From NCBI GenBank assembly GCA_965658675.1, contig CBFHTT010000031.1, forward strand, positions 175,716 to 239,715: a DNA stretch of 64,000 nucleotides. Direction: 5' to 3'. Below the pieces are notes generated by a model. The model made no database searches. It had not been told where the DNA came from and saw only the letters and a program-made list of their open reading frames with translations. Source of the stretch: Limisphaerales bacterium. Lineage in GTDB: Bacteria > Verrucomicrobiota > Verrucomicrobiia > Limisphaerales > CAZKNW01. Position numbers and translations under genes: made by a program. Below are positions 63,369 to 64,000 of this stretch, one piece after another (positions within the stretch are counted from its first letter, which is position 1; every line of letters starts with the position of its first letter).

Positions 63369-64000
63369 TCACGCCAACCTTTTCCGGCTCACCACGAATT
63401 TCTCATCGTATTCATAGCCCATCCCCGGTTTCCCGGAAGGCTCGAAGTAGTAGCCGTCGATTTTGATCGGTTCTTTGAAAAATTGATTCCTATTCAAACT
63501 TCTGGGCCCGGACGGATTTTCTCGCAACGAATTCGCTTCGAGAATCAACACATTGGGGGTGGCCATGCAAAGGTTGGCCATGGCCACCCAGGTCAAAGGT
63601 CCATAGGAAAAGAAATGTGGCGCAATCTGGATGCCCCGCAGTTCGGCCAGAGTGGCGATCTTGCGGGCTTCGGTCAGTCCTCCCACGTTGGGCGGTGGCA
63701 GATTGAGAATCGACGCGGCACGCTTATCGATCAGCCGGGTGAAGTCTTCCAGGCCCTGAAGGTTTTCTCCGGTAGCAATGGGGACCGTAGTGGCACGTGC
63801 CACTTTGGCCATTTCATCAATGCTGCTGGTAGGGGCCACCGGCTCTTCCATCCAGAGAAGGTCATACTGTTCGAGCCGTTTGCAGGTCGCGATGGCCCCT
63901 TCCGCAGAGCACTGACCATGGCCGCCGTGGATCAGGTCCACCTTGTCCCCTGCCCCTTCACGAAGGCAACGGAAGACCATTTCGTTGAAAGCCATGTTTT
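63369..64000 (-). CDS. Enolase-superfamily enzyme (mandelate racemase/muconate lactonizing, dehydratase-like), C-terminal part; 5' end outside window
   Basis: The ORF stays open to the window edge. Motifs LLWMEEPV, PIATGENL, NVGGLTEARKIA, IAPH are typical of the MR/MLE C-terminal barrel. Confidence 0.8.
   Translation of the reverse strand, partial: NMAFNEMVFRCLREGAGDKVDLIHGGHGQCSAEGAIATCKRLEQYDLLWMEEPVAPTSSIDEMAKVARATTVPIATGENLQGLEDFTRLIDKRAASILNLPPPNVGGLTEARKIATLAELRGIQIAPHFFSYGPLTWVAMANLCMATPNVLILEANSLRENPSGPRSLNRNQFFKEPIKIDGYYFEPSGKPGMGYEYDEKFVVSRKRLA

Noticed and set aside
1-64000. CRISPR arrays, rRNA genes, prophage or conjugative modules, and large tandem repeats.
   Set aside because: I saw no regularly spaced direct repeats, no rRNA-like sequence, and no phage, integrase or transposase-like ORFs in any frame of the ORF track.

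Overview
This 64-kb window looks like chromosomal DNA from a PVC-superphylum bacterium, Verrucomicrobiota-like and possibly Planctomycetota. The evidence is the density of PVC-typical families: PSCyt/PSD proteins (DUF1549/DUF1553, DUF1592 family), DUF1501, DUF1552, a PVC-type CxxCH dehydrogenase, and ECF sigma factors of the Rhodopirellula/Verrucomicrobium type. I call about 47 protein genes and one tRNA-Cys(GCA). I saw no rRNA, CRISPR array, transposase, integrase or phage genes. All domain calls come from reading the translated ORFs and recognising motifs from memory; no searches were run.

Main contents, left to right:
- An ArsR-SRPBCC pair and an Xre(DUF2384)-RES toxin-antitoxin pair.
- A tightly overlapping five-gene block of secreted hydrolases around an orphan MacB/ADOP-type permease.
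- A divergent Nramp-like transporter.
- A large propeller/PDZ sensor kinase cut by one in-frame TAA.
- RNase R.
- A two-component system followed by two EF-hand proteins.
- An RluA-type pseudouridine synthase, tRNA-Cys, and a TRIC/UPF0126 channel.
- An ECF sigma/anti-sigma pair behind a PVC-type heme dehydrogenase.
- A second two-component system whose kinase is separated from its first TM helix by an in-frame TAG.
- An arylsulfatase bracketed by about 85-nt direct repeats.
- A PQQ dehydrogenase with an inserted cytochrome c, and a YcaQ-like glycosylase.
- A 17-kb block (38650-55481) of four consecutive two-gene modules, each pairing a giant CxxCH protein with a Tat-signal DUF1501 or DUF1552 partner. 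One module sits behind its own ECF sigma/anti-sigma pair.
- A lactonase, a signal-peptide protein with two LAGLIDADG-like motifs, phosphoesterases, and a truncated enolase-superfamily gene.

The best candidate for an undescribed system is the four-module block. These families are known but functionally uncharacterised.
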